NCBI RefSeq assembly: GCF_000143415.4
Contig: NW_003314288.1
Location: 146,002 to 210,001, forward strand
Length of the DNA stretch: 64,000 bases
Origin: Selaginella moellendorffii
Lineage: Eukaryota > Plantae > Lycopodiophyta
Direction: 5' to 3'
Shown: positions 13,631 to 27,786 of the stretch, piece by piece
How positions within the stretch are numbered: position 1 is the first letter of the stretch
How the letters are laid out: the number at the start of each line of letters is the position of its first letter
Made by a program: the position numbers and the translations under genes
Notes under the pieces: model-generated
Databases searched by the model: none
What the model was told of the DNA's origin: nothing
What the model saw: the letters and a program-made list of their open reading frames with translations, nothing else

Positions 13631-14034
13631 CTCTAAGGTTATTGTTGATAAGTAGGGCCATCCTTAGCTTGAAGTATTGATATCACAAACTCTATTATTT
13701 AGTTAATTGGCTTAGGTATTCTCCTAGAAATTATACTTGGGATCTTACTTATTGTCTTGCTTATACTTTTGAGTTGATTGTGAATTTCAATTAACAATAT
13801 CCATTTAAGCCTGATCCTACACCACTTCAATTGTCGCTTGGTGCTCAGCATTAGAGGGGAATGATATTATATATTTATCATCTCTTTGTATTTATTGTAA
13901 AGAATATTTACCATTACTGTCTATAATGTGAATTAAACTGTTCATGAGATTTGAATTCAAGATCTACTATACACATAAATAAGCATCTAGAGTTCTATAC
14001 TTAGATTAAGTTTCTGGATTAACTTAAAGTTGAT

Positions 14035-14219
14035 TATAAACAACCAAAGAGAATGACTCAAGAGATAATCTATAGAAGTTCAAGTATAAAAAGAAAGGAT
14101 CTATGAATAAAAGTGCACCCCTTCTTTCAATTAGTTAAGGGCTTTAGGATATTTGCAGTTTAACATCCTTGGGTTTAAGTATAGTTGACCTCTTAAATAG
14201 TCAAATTCAATAACTTACA
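14035..14219 (+). mobile_element. Cassandra-type solo LTR, degenerate
   Basis: Same family (CAACCAAAGAGAATGACT...GTGCACCCC...CTTACA); no clear TSD. Confidence 0.65.
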
Positions 14220-16113
14220 TTTTGTATTAGAGAAGACTAAATTAATTTCCAAAGCCTCATAAAGGCTTTATACTTTAAGTGTTTACTATAAATCTATCTT
14301 TTTCTCTCTATTGCTTTAGTATTTCATTAGTAATTTCATTTATTTTTTTCTCTTAACAAAAAAATCTTAACACTTATAGGAGGAATATAATGCTACAATT
14401 TATAATTCTTTTTTTAATATTTTGAAAGAGTTCTTTATTAATGAGTTAGATTTAATTATTCATTCAACAATTTAACAGTTTATAACATTTGTTGCAAGAT
14501 CTTGTAACCCTTACACTTATTTAAGTTATAAAAGCATTAAGGTAAAAACTTTTAGTATAACACTTGAACATAAGGTTTTTTCTTATATAAAGCTGGAAGT
14601 AAAATTAGCTTAACACCACAAAGGACTTATCAACAAGACTGATATAAAAGCTATCACAAGAAAAATGGTACCTTGAATGGGTTTCTTAAATGTCAAAGGG
14701 CTAGAGTGTGTTTATGACTGAGATTAAGACAAGATTTAAATATGATTAAGTAGTGGAGGATTAGCAATAATCTTAAGATGGAGCCTAACACTAGTACTGG
14801 CATTGTAACTGGTGCCAAGAAAATGAATCTCCATACTATCAAGGATAATTAGCATTGGAGCAAGGAGGCTTTAGTCCCTAGGCAACAATAATTCTTGTAT
14901 AATCATTTTTTTAGTGTTGTTGGAGTTTTAGTCTATATTTTGGTGCATTGCTTAGAATTAAAGAGTGAGTGCATACAGTGGGAGAAAAGTGAATGCCTGA
15001 TTGTTAATTATCAATTAGTTACCTTTAAGTCTTTGAATTAATAAGAAACATAAGTCTAAAGCATAATGGCTTCTATAGAAGTTTCTTAGCTACCCTATCA
15101 GGATTTTATAATTAATGGCCTCTATAGAAATTTCTTAGCTACCCTTATTAGGCTTTTATAATAAAACGACTCAATAAGAATAATATCTTTTGCATATCGT
15201 CATGGTAGTAAAAGTAACTAATTGGTAGTCAACCAACTTCAAAAAGATAGTATATAGGAATTCAACATAAGTTGAATAAATGTTGCAATAGAATCTTTTA
15301 GTTTTTACTACAAGAAATAAAAAGAGAGAAGGTACTTTGAGTGTGCTTCTCAAAAGCTAGAATGAGAAAGACTCACTTGAAGTGTTTGTTAATCTTTTTG
15401 TTGGTTGCTACTCCATCTCTAATTTTCTTACTATGTGTTCTCTATAAAAAATTGTCAACAAGAAACAAGAAACAAAACTAAAGAAAATTCCACTTAACAA
15501 TCCATTAAGTGCTCATTCTAGTTAATGTGACTAGATTGAATTCATTTGTAACAATATTTTCTGAAAATAAGTAGATAATTTAGGTATATTATTTATACCC
15601 TAAAGAAACTAAAAATATCCTTTAAATATATTAAAAATAAATATAGTTAATATAACCTTAAACTTAATATATAAATCTAGTTATTCAGTAAAAATTCATG
15701 TTCATCTTAAAGAAAAAATCACCAAGGAGTAAGAGAGCATCTCTACCACTATTGTGTTCAAAGAGAGGAACAAAAAAGCATAGCAGCAAAGCTATGAAAA
15801 ATGCTTTACTTTTATAAATTTTATAGTCTAGTTGTAAAAGTCACAGCTTGTTCCTACAAAAAATCACTTTTACAATATTTCTTGATGATGTTATAGTTGC
15901 TCTCATTTATATCTTTTAACATGTTGAATTTGAAGATTGTGCTTATAGTCTACTTAAGAGTATAAAACTCTGTTCGACATAAATTAGCTAGTTAGTTCCT
16001 AGTTGTTGGCAACTTTATATTTGTCATGGATTATCTTAATAGTACTTAGCACAATTCTCCTATAGTACTTGTGATCTATTGTCTCCATTTCACTTCTAGT
16101 TGATATGCACTCC

Positions 16114-16550
<437 letters not shown>

Positions 16551-19500
16551 GGGAAATATATAGTAGGGATAGTGGGTAGGTCAGGCATGGGTGACCAATT
16601 TGAGGCATAATTTAACTCTCCACTTGTGTATCTGTCCTTATTCTATATCTAGTTTGGGTCCAAGCCCAAACTGTAAGGAACTGTAGCACATGTGTTTTTT
16701 ACCTTTTATTTTATAGTGATTTACCATAAGATAACCATGAAGTGGAATCTAAACCCTCCATATGCCATGTGTCACATGCCATGAGAGCATGGCAATGACT
16801 ACCTGAACTTATAGACTAATCCCTACAGTCTTGGTTGATCCACTTGTAATCATGCATAGGAAGGATACATTAGTGCCATGCTAAATATCTACAAATCAGC
16901 TTATTTGCCACTCATAGCAAACTTAGAGAAGGTTTATTTTTTCCCACAGTACATGGAACAACTAGTAGAGATAGTGGGTAAGTCAGGCATAGCCAACAAA
17001 CTTTAGGCATAGTCTAGCTCCCGTTTGTGTGCCTATCTTTGTTCTATATCTAGCTTGGGTCTAAACCCAAATTCCATTCCATGCTAGTTAGTGGAGTACC
17101 TATATCCTTGCATTAGGCCATTGGTATGCTTAAATAACACTAGAATCCGTTTGTTGTTGCGAATGTGATTTTAGGTATCGAAAGATACTTGTCAGTCAGT
17201 CCTTACGGACACTCTTTCCTTACTGCCATGACGGCAGGAGATTGATATAGTTGGATCCCTTTGGTAGCCCCTCTTGTGCTAGTGGAGTTAATTGGGCATT
17301 TCGAGTATACTTAGATCAGACGAGCATAAGGACAGAATTCTTACATGCTATTAGCTAAGCATACTTAGCCCGGTAAGGAGTTCTTGTCTTATTATGTCTT
17401 GCACTAGCTAGTGACAAGAACTCTTGTGTATTAAGACTAATTCCTCAATATCGTTGGATGATAGCTTACTATGTGTACTAAACACCCTTGCTATTATACC
17501 CTTTGTGTTAGTCTCATTTTGGTCCTATACTATTTATCGAAAATGTCTAGATTTGCTCATTTGGCATATCTACTGAATGTAGAGATTGTCTTGAACACAA
17601 TAGTGTTTGTCCTGTTGCAATCTAAGAACATTCTATATTTAGTAAGTTTTAAACTTGTCCCAGAGACTAACTCCTAGTACTAGGGGAGGATTAAGGTGAA
17701 AGCCCAAAGCGTGTGTTCCTCAGCTATGGGGGGTTCTAAATATATAGTAGGGATAGTGGTTGGAATGCATGTCCAACCATCTGAGACATTAGTTTGGCTT
17801 CCACTAGGCTATGTCGCTCCTTGTTCTGTGTCCGGCTTAGGTCTAAGCCCAAGCTCCATGCTGCTCTAGTTGGTGGGGTCCTATCCAACTTTTGTCAGAT
17901 TTTCTGACTTAAGTTGTATACGCAAAGACTTTTCTAGTGGATCCAAAATGACTTGTGTAAGATTAGTTGGATTGCACCATTTAGTAAGAATGTTGTATGC
18001 AAGTTCAATTACTGATAGAGGCATGCATGCAACTAATGGGATGGTGAGAAAGAATTGTGTTGATGATGTTGAAACCTCTAGACAGGCGAATCAAGAGGAG
18101 GAAACTCTTGCTAGAGATGCTGTGAAAGAGGCTGAGGCCGAGTCAAAAGAGGAAGAGCTAGATGTTACGACACTACAGTGTACGGCTCAGGAAATCAAGA
18201 TTGAGAATTTGAGAAGGGAAGTTTACAAATTGAAGAAAGAGAATAAAAAGAGGAAGAAAAAAGATGAAGCGGCTAAACTAGCTAAACCTAAGCAACTAAA
18301 CTCCTCTTCAAGTTACCACCTATTTTTAGAAGTATGCAGGACTATCAAGTTTTAGAAGACTGGGTCTACAATATAGAAAATTATTTTATAGTGGCAGACG
18401 TAGATGATCATACGAAAGTTCCGTGCACACAGTCTTTTCTCACCGATCATGCCAAAACTTGGTGGCACCAAGTGTGTATTGAAAAAGGGTAGACTAGAAG
18501 TTGAACCAAGATGCCGTCTTGTATTTTTAAGGAATACTTGCCAGATGATCTTGGCCTGGGACTTCCTGCAGAGCTGTGGTGGTTAAAGCAACAAGGGGAC
18601 CTTATGTATTATGTTAATGCATTTGCTCAGAAGTGCATTATGATTGCCAATATGAGTGATGAAGATGCTCAGAGTTATTTTCTAGAGGGTTTAAGTTCAC
18701 TTTCTTGCAATGAGATTTTGAAGTTTAAGTTGAAGACATACCTGGAGTGTAAAGAGGCAACGTAGCAAATTGCCTTTAGTCACTCACTTATGGAATAATA
18801 TTAGCAGCCATATGCTAGTACCTTGGACAAGAATAAGAATTCTTGGAATATACAAGGTGATAAAAAATAGAGGGTGGAAGGAAGGTTCCACCCTGGAGGC
18901 TCACAAGCAATGGTTAACAAAGGTGGTGGTGGTTGGAGACCACCAGTAGCTTCTTTTGGTCCTAGACCCTTTGTTCCTCCTCCTGGTGGGTATAAGCAAT
19001 AGTAATTTGCGAAACCTACTCTTAGTAGAACGGGTAGTGTGGGTCATTGCTTCCATTGTAGAGAGTCAGGACATAGGTCCTTGGAATGTCCCAACAATCA
19101 TAAGACAAAGTCTCGTATTAATGTCATGAGAGAAGATGGTGGTGGTGAAGTTGATGGGGTTGACGAGTTGGTCAATGCAAACTATGAGGAAGAGGAAGTG
19201 AGTTACTTTCGTTGCTTTCCTCAAGCTTTTCTCGCAGTCAATGCAAACACTGATCCGTTGTTGTATCTAGTAGGCTTTGTCCACGAACACCAAATTCGAG
19301 TGATAATTGACACAGGAGCTACACATAGCATAATATCCAAAGACTTAGTTAAATTGTTAGGATTGAATGCTGAGCAAATGTCGCCCATACACTTCCGGTT
19401 TGCAAAAGATGGGCAAGTAGCTAGAAAATTTGTGAGTGATGTTCTAATAAAAATATCTAAGTGGACAGAAAGAGTGGACATAGTAGTGTTAAAGATACTA

Positions 19501-19763
19501 GATTTTTAGATGATGTTTGGTATGGATTTGTTCAACAAATATATTAAAGGGATTTATGGTGCTAGACAAAGTCATATCATATTGAAGTTAGAAAGACATC
19601 CTGATGTGTCCTTCTAGTTGCAAAAGCGCTCCTCAAAGGATTGGGATGTTAAGTTTCTGACTGCGAGAGCCACTCAAAAAGTAGCTAAGAAGGGATGTCA
19701 GACCTTTTGGGTTCAAGTGATAGAAGCTGAGGGTGTTGGTGACTCAATTCAAATTGGTGATAA

Positions 19764-19785
19764 GCTCTATTTCGTTAAAGTGGGA
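19764..19785 (+). repeat. Left TIR
   Basis: Exact reverse complement of 32220-32241. Confidence 0.95.
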
Positions 19786-20175
19786 ATTGTCATTATCCCA
19801 CTTGTAAAATAAGGTTTCCAAACCTTTATATAGTATATAAATATAACAAAATTCAACTGCATTGAGGCACATGCCATTTTATTTTAAACAAGGAAATGTC
19901 TACTCAATCACTTCTCCTCCTCCTGCCACTGCTTCACCTCTCTCTTCTCCTTGTCATCGTCGTCCAATTTCTTTCCATCCTTTTAATATTGGCTCAGTTG
20001 CTCTGAGTCTAGGTGGAGCCCAAGTCCCCATTCAATCTTTACTTTCCCCTTATTAATAAAACAATTTCATAGACTTCTAATAACATGCTGTAACACTTCT
20101 AGTATAATGCAAATCCTCTCAAAGAATTGTCTTTTAATATTAATACAATGGCATGGAACCCCATGCCATAATAAG

Positions 20176-23100
20176 TTACATTTTTAAATAAATACATGCC
20201 ATCTCAAACTGTTCTTTTTTGCCTCCAACGCAATACAATAATCTTGGAATTTCATCACTCTCCACACTATCAGGATTTAAACCCAATAGTAATGCCATCT
20301 CTTCTATAATACGTCCACGCTCATGTTCAGTGGTCGAAGAACCCATCCAGTTGAGCAGATTATGGAGATGTGGATAGTGCTTGGCTAGACAATATACATG
20401 CCATAAATGATGATTGGTGTCTGTCCGATCAAATGGCTTCTGATATACCGTTCCATCTGCCATTTGGTTGATTTCTGCAGCCACCTCCTGGACTGGCCCG
20501 TTCTCTATCACCATCGCTCCAAGCCGTTTTGCAAGGTCCCCCAAAACATACGGTTTCTTCTCCCTAGTTTCCATACTGCAAGAGATGGGGTGCACTGCAT
20601 ATATGTGCGTGTTCGCTGCAGTTTTAATCGGCAAGTCATCGATGATGAGGATTTCACTTGACCTAGCAGTCCGGTTCATCACTACAGCCTCTGAAATGAA
20701 ATGCGTCAGCATAAAAAATGGTACAAGTCAATTTTACCATCTACAATATTAGCAAATGGTGCTGCCGATGGTCGTTGAGAGGGTTTTGGTCGAGGAAACG
20801 TGAAGGGTGGAAATACTCTCCTCTGCAATGTGGGGTCAATCGCATCCGATGGCGTGTGGGCACATGCCATTTCAGCTGTAGACTCTGGTACAACTGGCTC
20901 AACAGTGGCATGGGGTGGTTCCGATGGCGTGTGATCACACGCCATTTCAGCTGGTGCCTCCGTTGGCAAAGTGGACATGACCGAACAGGCAACAGGGGCG
21001 GTGTAGGGAGGTTCCAATGGCGCGTAGTCAGACGATTGGGCACACGTTGAGTCCGTTGGAAATGAGGATACGATCAGCTCGGCGGCTGGGGCGGCCTCAT
21101 GCGGGTCCAATGGCGCCTGGTCACCGTCAGTTGGATACATGGACAAGATTGACTCAGTGGTATGGGCAGCATCAAGTGGAGCGTGGTCAGCTTGCTTGGC
21201 GTTGATATGGATAGTAGCCTCCACCAGCTCTGATGACTCTTGCAAGCAAGTAGAGTCCACTGGCGGATCCATATGCATGTCCAAATATCTCCCTTCGATT
21301 GAGATGGTATCCTCCCTACTGGCTACTAAAAACAAACTCATTAGCACATTGAATCGACTATACTGTATTTACTATCAATTGCTATTGAGGAACTAGGACC
21401 GATATCACTTGGGCGCACTATTGATTCTGAAGGATTGGACATACGTTTCGACCCTTGCTTGGGACTATCCTTCCTCGACACTAAAGGCTAGAGTTTGTAT
21501 CTTAATTCAACTGAATAATCTCTACTTACCATTTGCTCTGCGACCTACATGGACAATGTTAGAAATGGTAAAAGGTTAGGAATGGATGTACTATTATTTA
21601 CCTGATGGTTTGTCTTGTATGACCTTCCTCCACTGCTCTTTGGCCACCTTAGGCTAGCCATCGTCGTCGTTATTATGATCGTCACCATTGTGAGGACCAT
21701 CCAAGTCCTCTTCGTCCTCCTCTTCTTCCTCCTTCTCTTCTTTGTCCTCCTCTTCGTCCTTCTGCTCTTCCTGCTCATTATCTTTCTCTGGCTCCTCATC
21801 CCCCTCCTGCATTTCTTCCATAGGCTGCTCAGGCTGGATGGCTTGTTCTTCCAGGACCATTTTGGGAAAATCATCTGGCTGAGTCTCCATCTCAAAATAC
21901 AAGACATCCATAGCCTGTTTTAGTGCGTGACCTAGGACCGTATCCTCACCCGACTGTCTTAACATGGTTTCTGCACGTTCTTGCACCCTTTGAAGACGAC
22001 GAGATGAGAAAAATGTGGCCCTGACTTGAAAAGCATCCCTCATCCATTGTACCTCTCCATTGAGATTGGGGAAGGGGAGTCCGCCATAGGAATCTGAGTC
22101 AGGAGGTGGTGACTGGCTGCTTTCACTCAACCCTTGATCTGCAATGAATGGCATGAGCACACACGCCATAACCGCGAGGCATTACCTATCATCTTTTCGT
22201 TGCCCTTCTTCCTTTTCGAATCAAACGCCTCTGATCCCGACGACTGTCCAACGTGCTTTTGCTTTTTATGACCACTGTCAGTTTGAGCTTGGCTGATGCT
22301 TGCCTGTTTTGCCTTTGAAGAAGTGTCTCCTGCAAGGAATGGCATGAGACCACACGCCATTGCAAATATAATTTGTACCTCCTTTTTTCCTATTGCTTGT
22401 CTGTTTGTCCTTCTTCGACACACCACTAGTGCGCTTTTCAGTCCTCGTGTCTGAATATTCACAACGATCTATAATCAAAATGGCGTGAGGCCTCACGTGA
22501 CCTTACTTTGTGCAGGTTGTGAGCTCGGCCCAACATGGGTATCTTCAACAGTAGCTGTTAATGCCGTTTCAGCATCTGGGGGTGGCCACGCTCCTGCATA
22601 CAGAGCTTGTGAGATAACATTTAAACTTAAAGTGCGTACTCACCAGGTTCGCAAAGAAGATACTGTTTTTCTTTGGCAACTGTAATTATATGCTCCATTG
22701 AAGTCACCTCTTCAATGGAGTTTGTCACCGCAACACACGGGACACCCTTGAGTAGTGCGGCTCGAAAGAATAGTCCGCCGCAGTTGTACTCGACAACGCA
22801 TTTGCCCTTGGAGTCGGAAGCAGGTGACCCACCCGCTATTGCGTTGAAGACCCAGCTGAGCATTTCCCATGCTGCACCTGGAGCTTTCTCTGGATTCGAA
22901 AGCTCCATAGCCGTCTTCAGTTCCTCAGGCACGGGTAAATTGACCTCCCTCAGATCAATTTGATCGGCCTTGTCGAACGAAGCTGGGAAGTCACTCCAGT
23001 CCCACTCTGCTGCAGGACCAATAACAAGGGCGAGTGTGAAGATGCGGACATTTGTCGATATCTTCTTCTTAGCCATTATCCCATGGATCTCCCGTATCTC

Positions 23101-25173
23101 CTTGCCTTTCAACCGAGCCTTCACCTCGTTCAAGGCCTTCCAGAACTTGTGATAGGATTCGGAGTCGTAGATCATATAGTGGACTAAAGATTCCACCTCC
23201 GCAAGTCCCACCATTAAGTCAATGATGGAGCTGACTTCGTCTGCATGAGTGATCTCCTCGTTTGTGAAGTCCATCACACAAAGATGTTCTTGACCTGCTC
23301 ATCTCCACGGGAAACGATACTCCTCCACCTTTGATCCTCATCCGAATTCACGTATACCCGGTAAGGTTCTCGATAGGCCTCTGCTACGGGGTTGAGCTGT
23401 TTCTGAAGCCGGCAGTCGACTTCCCTCTTAATGAAATTTGGATACTGATCCAACTTCTCAGCTTTACTTTTCGTGGCATCCCGCAACAGATCGATGAACT
23501 TGGGGGCCCCCTTCACGTACTCGTCGTTGTCTTCATTTGACAACTCCAGCTCTTCCATCATCTCTTGCGTGGTGTTGATGCTCACCCTCTCCATGGCCAC
23601 TTGCTCGAAGATCCAATCCTTCAATAGCGCATGAGCACTCAGAGTCATGCACAAGTCCTCGTATGTCACAATATGGTCGGGAGTCATTTTGGTCTTGTTG
23701 AAGACTACCTCACCACGTAGAAGAGCATTAGCCACTGTCAGAAGGTCATCGTCGTCTAGAGACCGCGAGAAACGCAAGGTGTTGAGCTTCAAATCATTGG
23801 GCTTCTGGCCGTCCTCCACACCCATTGAGTTTGGCAACTCCCCGTCATGGTACCTCCTCAGCACATCTACCCATTTGTCAAAAACAACTTTTGTCGCGAG
23901 TAGAATGTTATGGATGCTGAGTGTGTCATTGACCCCCAATGTTTTCGAGAGAAGACTCGAGAATTCCTGCAATGGAAATGGTGTGAGGCCACATGCTATG
24001 CCACATGCAACGAGGCTTACCTACCAGGCACTAGTTGTTAGTGCACGTCCTTGTCCTGGTTTTTGTGGCTTTTTCAGTTGAACCCAGAGCTTCCGTGTTC
24101 ATGCCAATGTCTCCTGCAGACCCGATTTGTAGCACGTTTCTTGCTTGACATTCAGCGCGTGGGAGATGTATATGATAGATCGGAGGGGCGAGTTGCCTTT
24201 ATCAGGCGGACAACTCTTGTCTTGAAGACTTTCTTCACCTCCTCGCCCACCATAATATCCACAACTATCTCTTGCATCGCCAAGTTAGAATGCTGCCCAG
24301 AGACGGCATAGAACCGGATGTTCTGATCGTCCAACACCTTCCTATTGATCAAGTCTGGAAACCTCGTCTCGCCCTTCATTGTTCGGTAGTAGGGGATCAC
24401 GTCTGCGATGTCGGGTGTTACTGGACTTGCCAGCATCTTCTGCTTCAATTTCTCCACCCACTCATCAGATACTAGCCTGTGGTTGTATTTGCTTTGGATG
24501 TCGATACGGCTCACATCGATTGTATATACTTTGTTGGAATAGTAACAAGTACTATTATCTGCGACGATTTTTGCTGCCTCTTCTTGCTCTTTCTGCTCTT
24601 TGCGACTCTTCTTTTTGGTGGGTGTAGTGTTCGAACCCGAGGCAATGGCATCACCGAGTAGCTTCTTTTTTGGAGCAGGAGAGTCGGACATCGGTTTGAG
24701 ATTGACCACCCTTTTCTGCTTCGGGGTAGTTTCCAGATCGACCCCCTTCCCCTTCGCTTTGCGAACTGGAGGCACTCTCAACGGCTCAATGTTGGAATAT
24801 AGTTTTTGAACATCGCCGTAGGTGAGGTCCGTGGATTCCATGTGATCTTCATAGACCCGCAGCGTCTTTGAAATTGTGGGCCTCTTGGACAACCTCTCCC
24901 TAGCTCCCTCTAGGAATTCCTCATAGCCGCTGCCCCCCTCCAGGAAGCCGCTAGGATGTGCAAGGTGGATCTTGAAGGCGGACGCTGTCTCTACCACAAG
25001 TGCCAGTCCATATTCTTGCATAGAACTGCATGGAGTGTCTGTCACTTGGATGAGGATCCCCATGCATTCTTTTCTCCCACCATCTGTGTTGTACAGCCTC
25101 AGATCCTTGCCTTCCATCCCGAAAGTCCAACTGGTGAGCTCCTCCCCCTTCTCTGCATCCACATTGATAGTGG
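20176..25173 (-). pseudogene. Multi-exon accessory gene of about 1,500 aa: ParB/Srx-like domain, degenerate beta-class DNA-MTase-like domain, acidic/low-complexity tail
   Basis: Exons 25173-24021, 23966-22644, 22593-22507, 22450(or 22468)-22379, 22329-22186, 22138-21602, 21544-21530, 21480-21373, 21325-20738 and 20690-20176 join in frame across GT-AG introns. Lesions: frameshifts at about 24175 and 23275, and three in-frame stops (about 24100, 24021, 21654) consistent with C>T changes. First exon and exact 3' end unresolved. Confidence 0.75.
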
Positions 25174-26475
25174 CTGGAAGAAGAACACAATTCCTCGTCT
25201 ATTCAGAAATGCACAACAATTAGAGCTGACAGATGAAAAGCTAGCAGCTGGAAATAATGTGAGGCCACACGCCATTCACCACTACATCAGATGTCTTGAG
25301 GCTGCATCCTAAGATGGCGTGAGGCTACACGCCATCTGTAACCGGACTGCACTCGAGAGCCCAATCGGTGCATGCCAATGTTGCTACTGAATGGCATGTG
25401 GCCTCATGCCATTTTCTACTTGGCCTAAAAGACTTGCCATTTGAAGCCGAATGGAGGCGTGACAATCGAGGCCGGACTCGCTGGCGAATGTGCACTGTGT
25501 GTGCAGCGGATTGTAGCAGCAAGGCTACTCTACCACTTACAGTTGGAGAGTGGCGCTAAAATCTCCCGGGACGCCAAGTGGGCTGCGTGTGGGTGGCGGA
25601 GTGGGCGGCGGAGTTGGCGGTGAAGTTACAAACTGGGTGTGTCTTGAAGTGGACGCCGATGCACACGAGCGCGAGTGTGATGCAAGCGCGAGTGGACGCT
25701 GATGCACACAAGAAACCTGTAGAGAAGGTAGATGAGCGCGAATGTGAGCGTGATCGCGAGTGGGAGCGTGATGCGAGCGCGAGTGTGCGAGCGCAAGTAC
25801 GAAGCAAAATGCAAAACCTAACCTCACACGCGCGAAATGTCACGACGGTTGGTAATCCCGCAACGTCATTATTCCTCGGACTTGGGCGCCACCATTAATT
25901 TCTGGATCGCCGCGCGCATACATGCACGTGAAATCCAAAAGAAATCCGCAACATCATCATTCCTCGGACTGCATGCACGCGAAATCCAAAAGAAAGATCA
26001 TGATTGGGATATCATTTAATACCCTCGCTATATTTATACCATGCATGATTGGATATTCCAAAGCATCTTGTATTTCCAAAAATGCCAGATGTTTGGCTAA
26101 ATAAAGAATGGTATACAATGTCCTTCTTGATGACCCTGCAAAGAAGCATCTTGATCGGACACCACATGAGACCACACGAGCCTTACAATGTTTTAGGGGC
26201 ATTTGCCATAGATCCGATTGTTATTTTGCTCCAAGATTTTACAGTTTGGTGTGCATTGACCTTTCCATCGACACTGCAAAGGGACATCACAATCAGATGC
26301 GGGATCACAAGAAACAAACTTCACTAACTCTGGTTTCACCAAGATCTACGTAAGGAGTTATGAAATGAAAGGACCCTGTCTATTGAAATGTGTTTATGGT
26401 CCTAGGGGCATTGTGACATATCAAAGGATTTTGCATCAAGTTCTGTATTTGCATGTTTATCAAGCTACTGAATTG

Positions 26476-26502
26476 CTAAACCCTAAACCCTAAACCCTAA
26501 AC
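26476..26502 (+). promoter_or_regulatory. Telo-box array, about 3.7 copies of CCCTAAA, in the transposon's intergenic region
   Basis: CTAAACCCTAAACCCTAAACCCTAAAC, roughly midway between the divergent genes. Confidence 0.6.
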
Positions 26503-27355
26503 ATGTGCGTGAAGAAAGATGCCTTTTCTGGGCAAATGCTATAAGAGGCAGATGCCGAGCAGATGTATCTCAGGCTAGCAAAGGGGACAAATGAAAGCTA
26601 GCTATAAACATGACGGGATGCAAATAGATTACTAGGCTGGTTCTGCGAAAATCAAAAACCATAATTGAAAACATTGAAAATGCAAAAAGAAAGGTTTATA
26701 ATATTTTTGAATTTTAAGCAACCAAAGGAATGTAAGTAGGGCATGTGTTTGTAAGTTTAAAAATGCCTCAACCACTTAAATTCCCAAGTAAATAAAGCTG
26801 TTTCTATTTTTGGTACAGGTAAACTTTATAGTGTGTGGGCTCATGCAATTTTGAACCCAAAAATGCACCAAAAAATGCTCGACTAGCATTATTCTTTGAA
26901 TGGCGTGTGGCCTTATATTGCCATAAATGGACGTACACACACAGCATAATTATTCCTTTACACGGCGAATAATCTTGGCGCGGATCACTGACATGGCATG
27001 GAAAAGTTCGAATCACTGACATGGCACAGCTGGATTGAGGCAAGGACATGATGTGACAAAGTTCAACCTCCGATAGCAAAGTCTAGAAGCTACTTAGTTT
27101 GAAATTTGTCAGAGGAATCATAAGATCTGGTTTGTCAGAGGATTTGATGTGACGTTCAAGCATGTGTTATTTTTGAATTCTCGAACTCATTCCTAGGTCT
27201 ATCACATTTGTGCGCCGTGTTCTTGGTTCCGCTGAGCGCAGTGAGCACTGCTTGTGTAAGCGGCGTTGTGAGCTGTGGTTTATGCGTCTACGAGCGGTTG
27301 TGGCATTGCGAGCGCCATTGCGAGCGGCAGTTTATGCGAGTGGCAGTTTGTGCGA

Positions 27356-27423
27356 GCGGCACTACGAGCAGTTGCGGTGTTGCAAGCGGCACTATGAGTA
27401 GTTGCGGTGTTGCAAGCGGCACT
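27356..27423 (+). repeat. 30-bp tandem repeat (about 2.3 copies) in the CpG-rich leader of the transposase gene
   Basis: GCGGCACTAYGAGYAGTTGCGGTGTTGCAA twice, then GCGGCACT. Confidence 0.8.
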
Positions 27424-27786
27424 GTCTTTGGTGTGGCTACCGCTTCCTCTTGATATTCGGCACTTGTGCTTCCTGGTATGTTCACCATGGAATGGCTTAG
27501 GACCACATTTAGAAATGGCATGAGGCCACATGCCATCTTGGGCCCTTGCAATTTCATGGCTAGCGTATTGTCATGTATGTTTTTACTTGCCTGCAGCTAT
27601 GTGTATATCAAGATGGCATGAGGCCTCATGCCAATTTTGTGAATGCGAAATTTCACGTGGGTGTCAATAGCATGTTTGAATAATGGCATGTGGCCTCATG
27701 CTATTGAGGTTGTTTGGTATGTTATGATTTAGGCCATTCTCCAATCATTTATTGTATGGTCTTAACTTCTTTTCTGGACTTTCAGA

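Noticed and set aside
19880-20175. Additional 3' exons of the accessory gene
   Set aside because: Purine-rich and exon-like on the minus strand, but donors are ambiguous and every frame has stops.
26476-26502. Telomere or chromosome-healing site
   Set aside because: Fewer than 4 units, internal to the transposon; treated as a telo-box.
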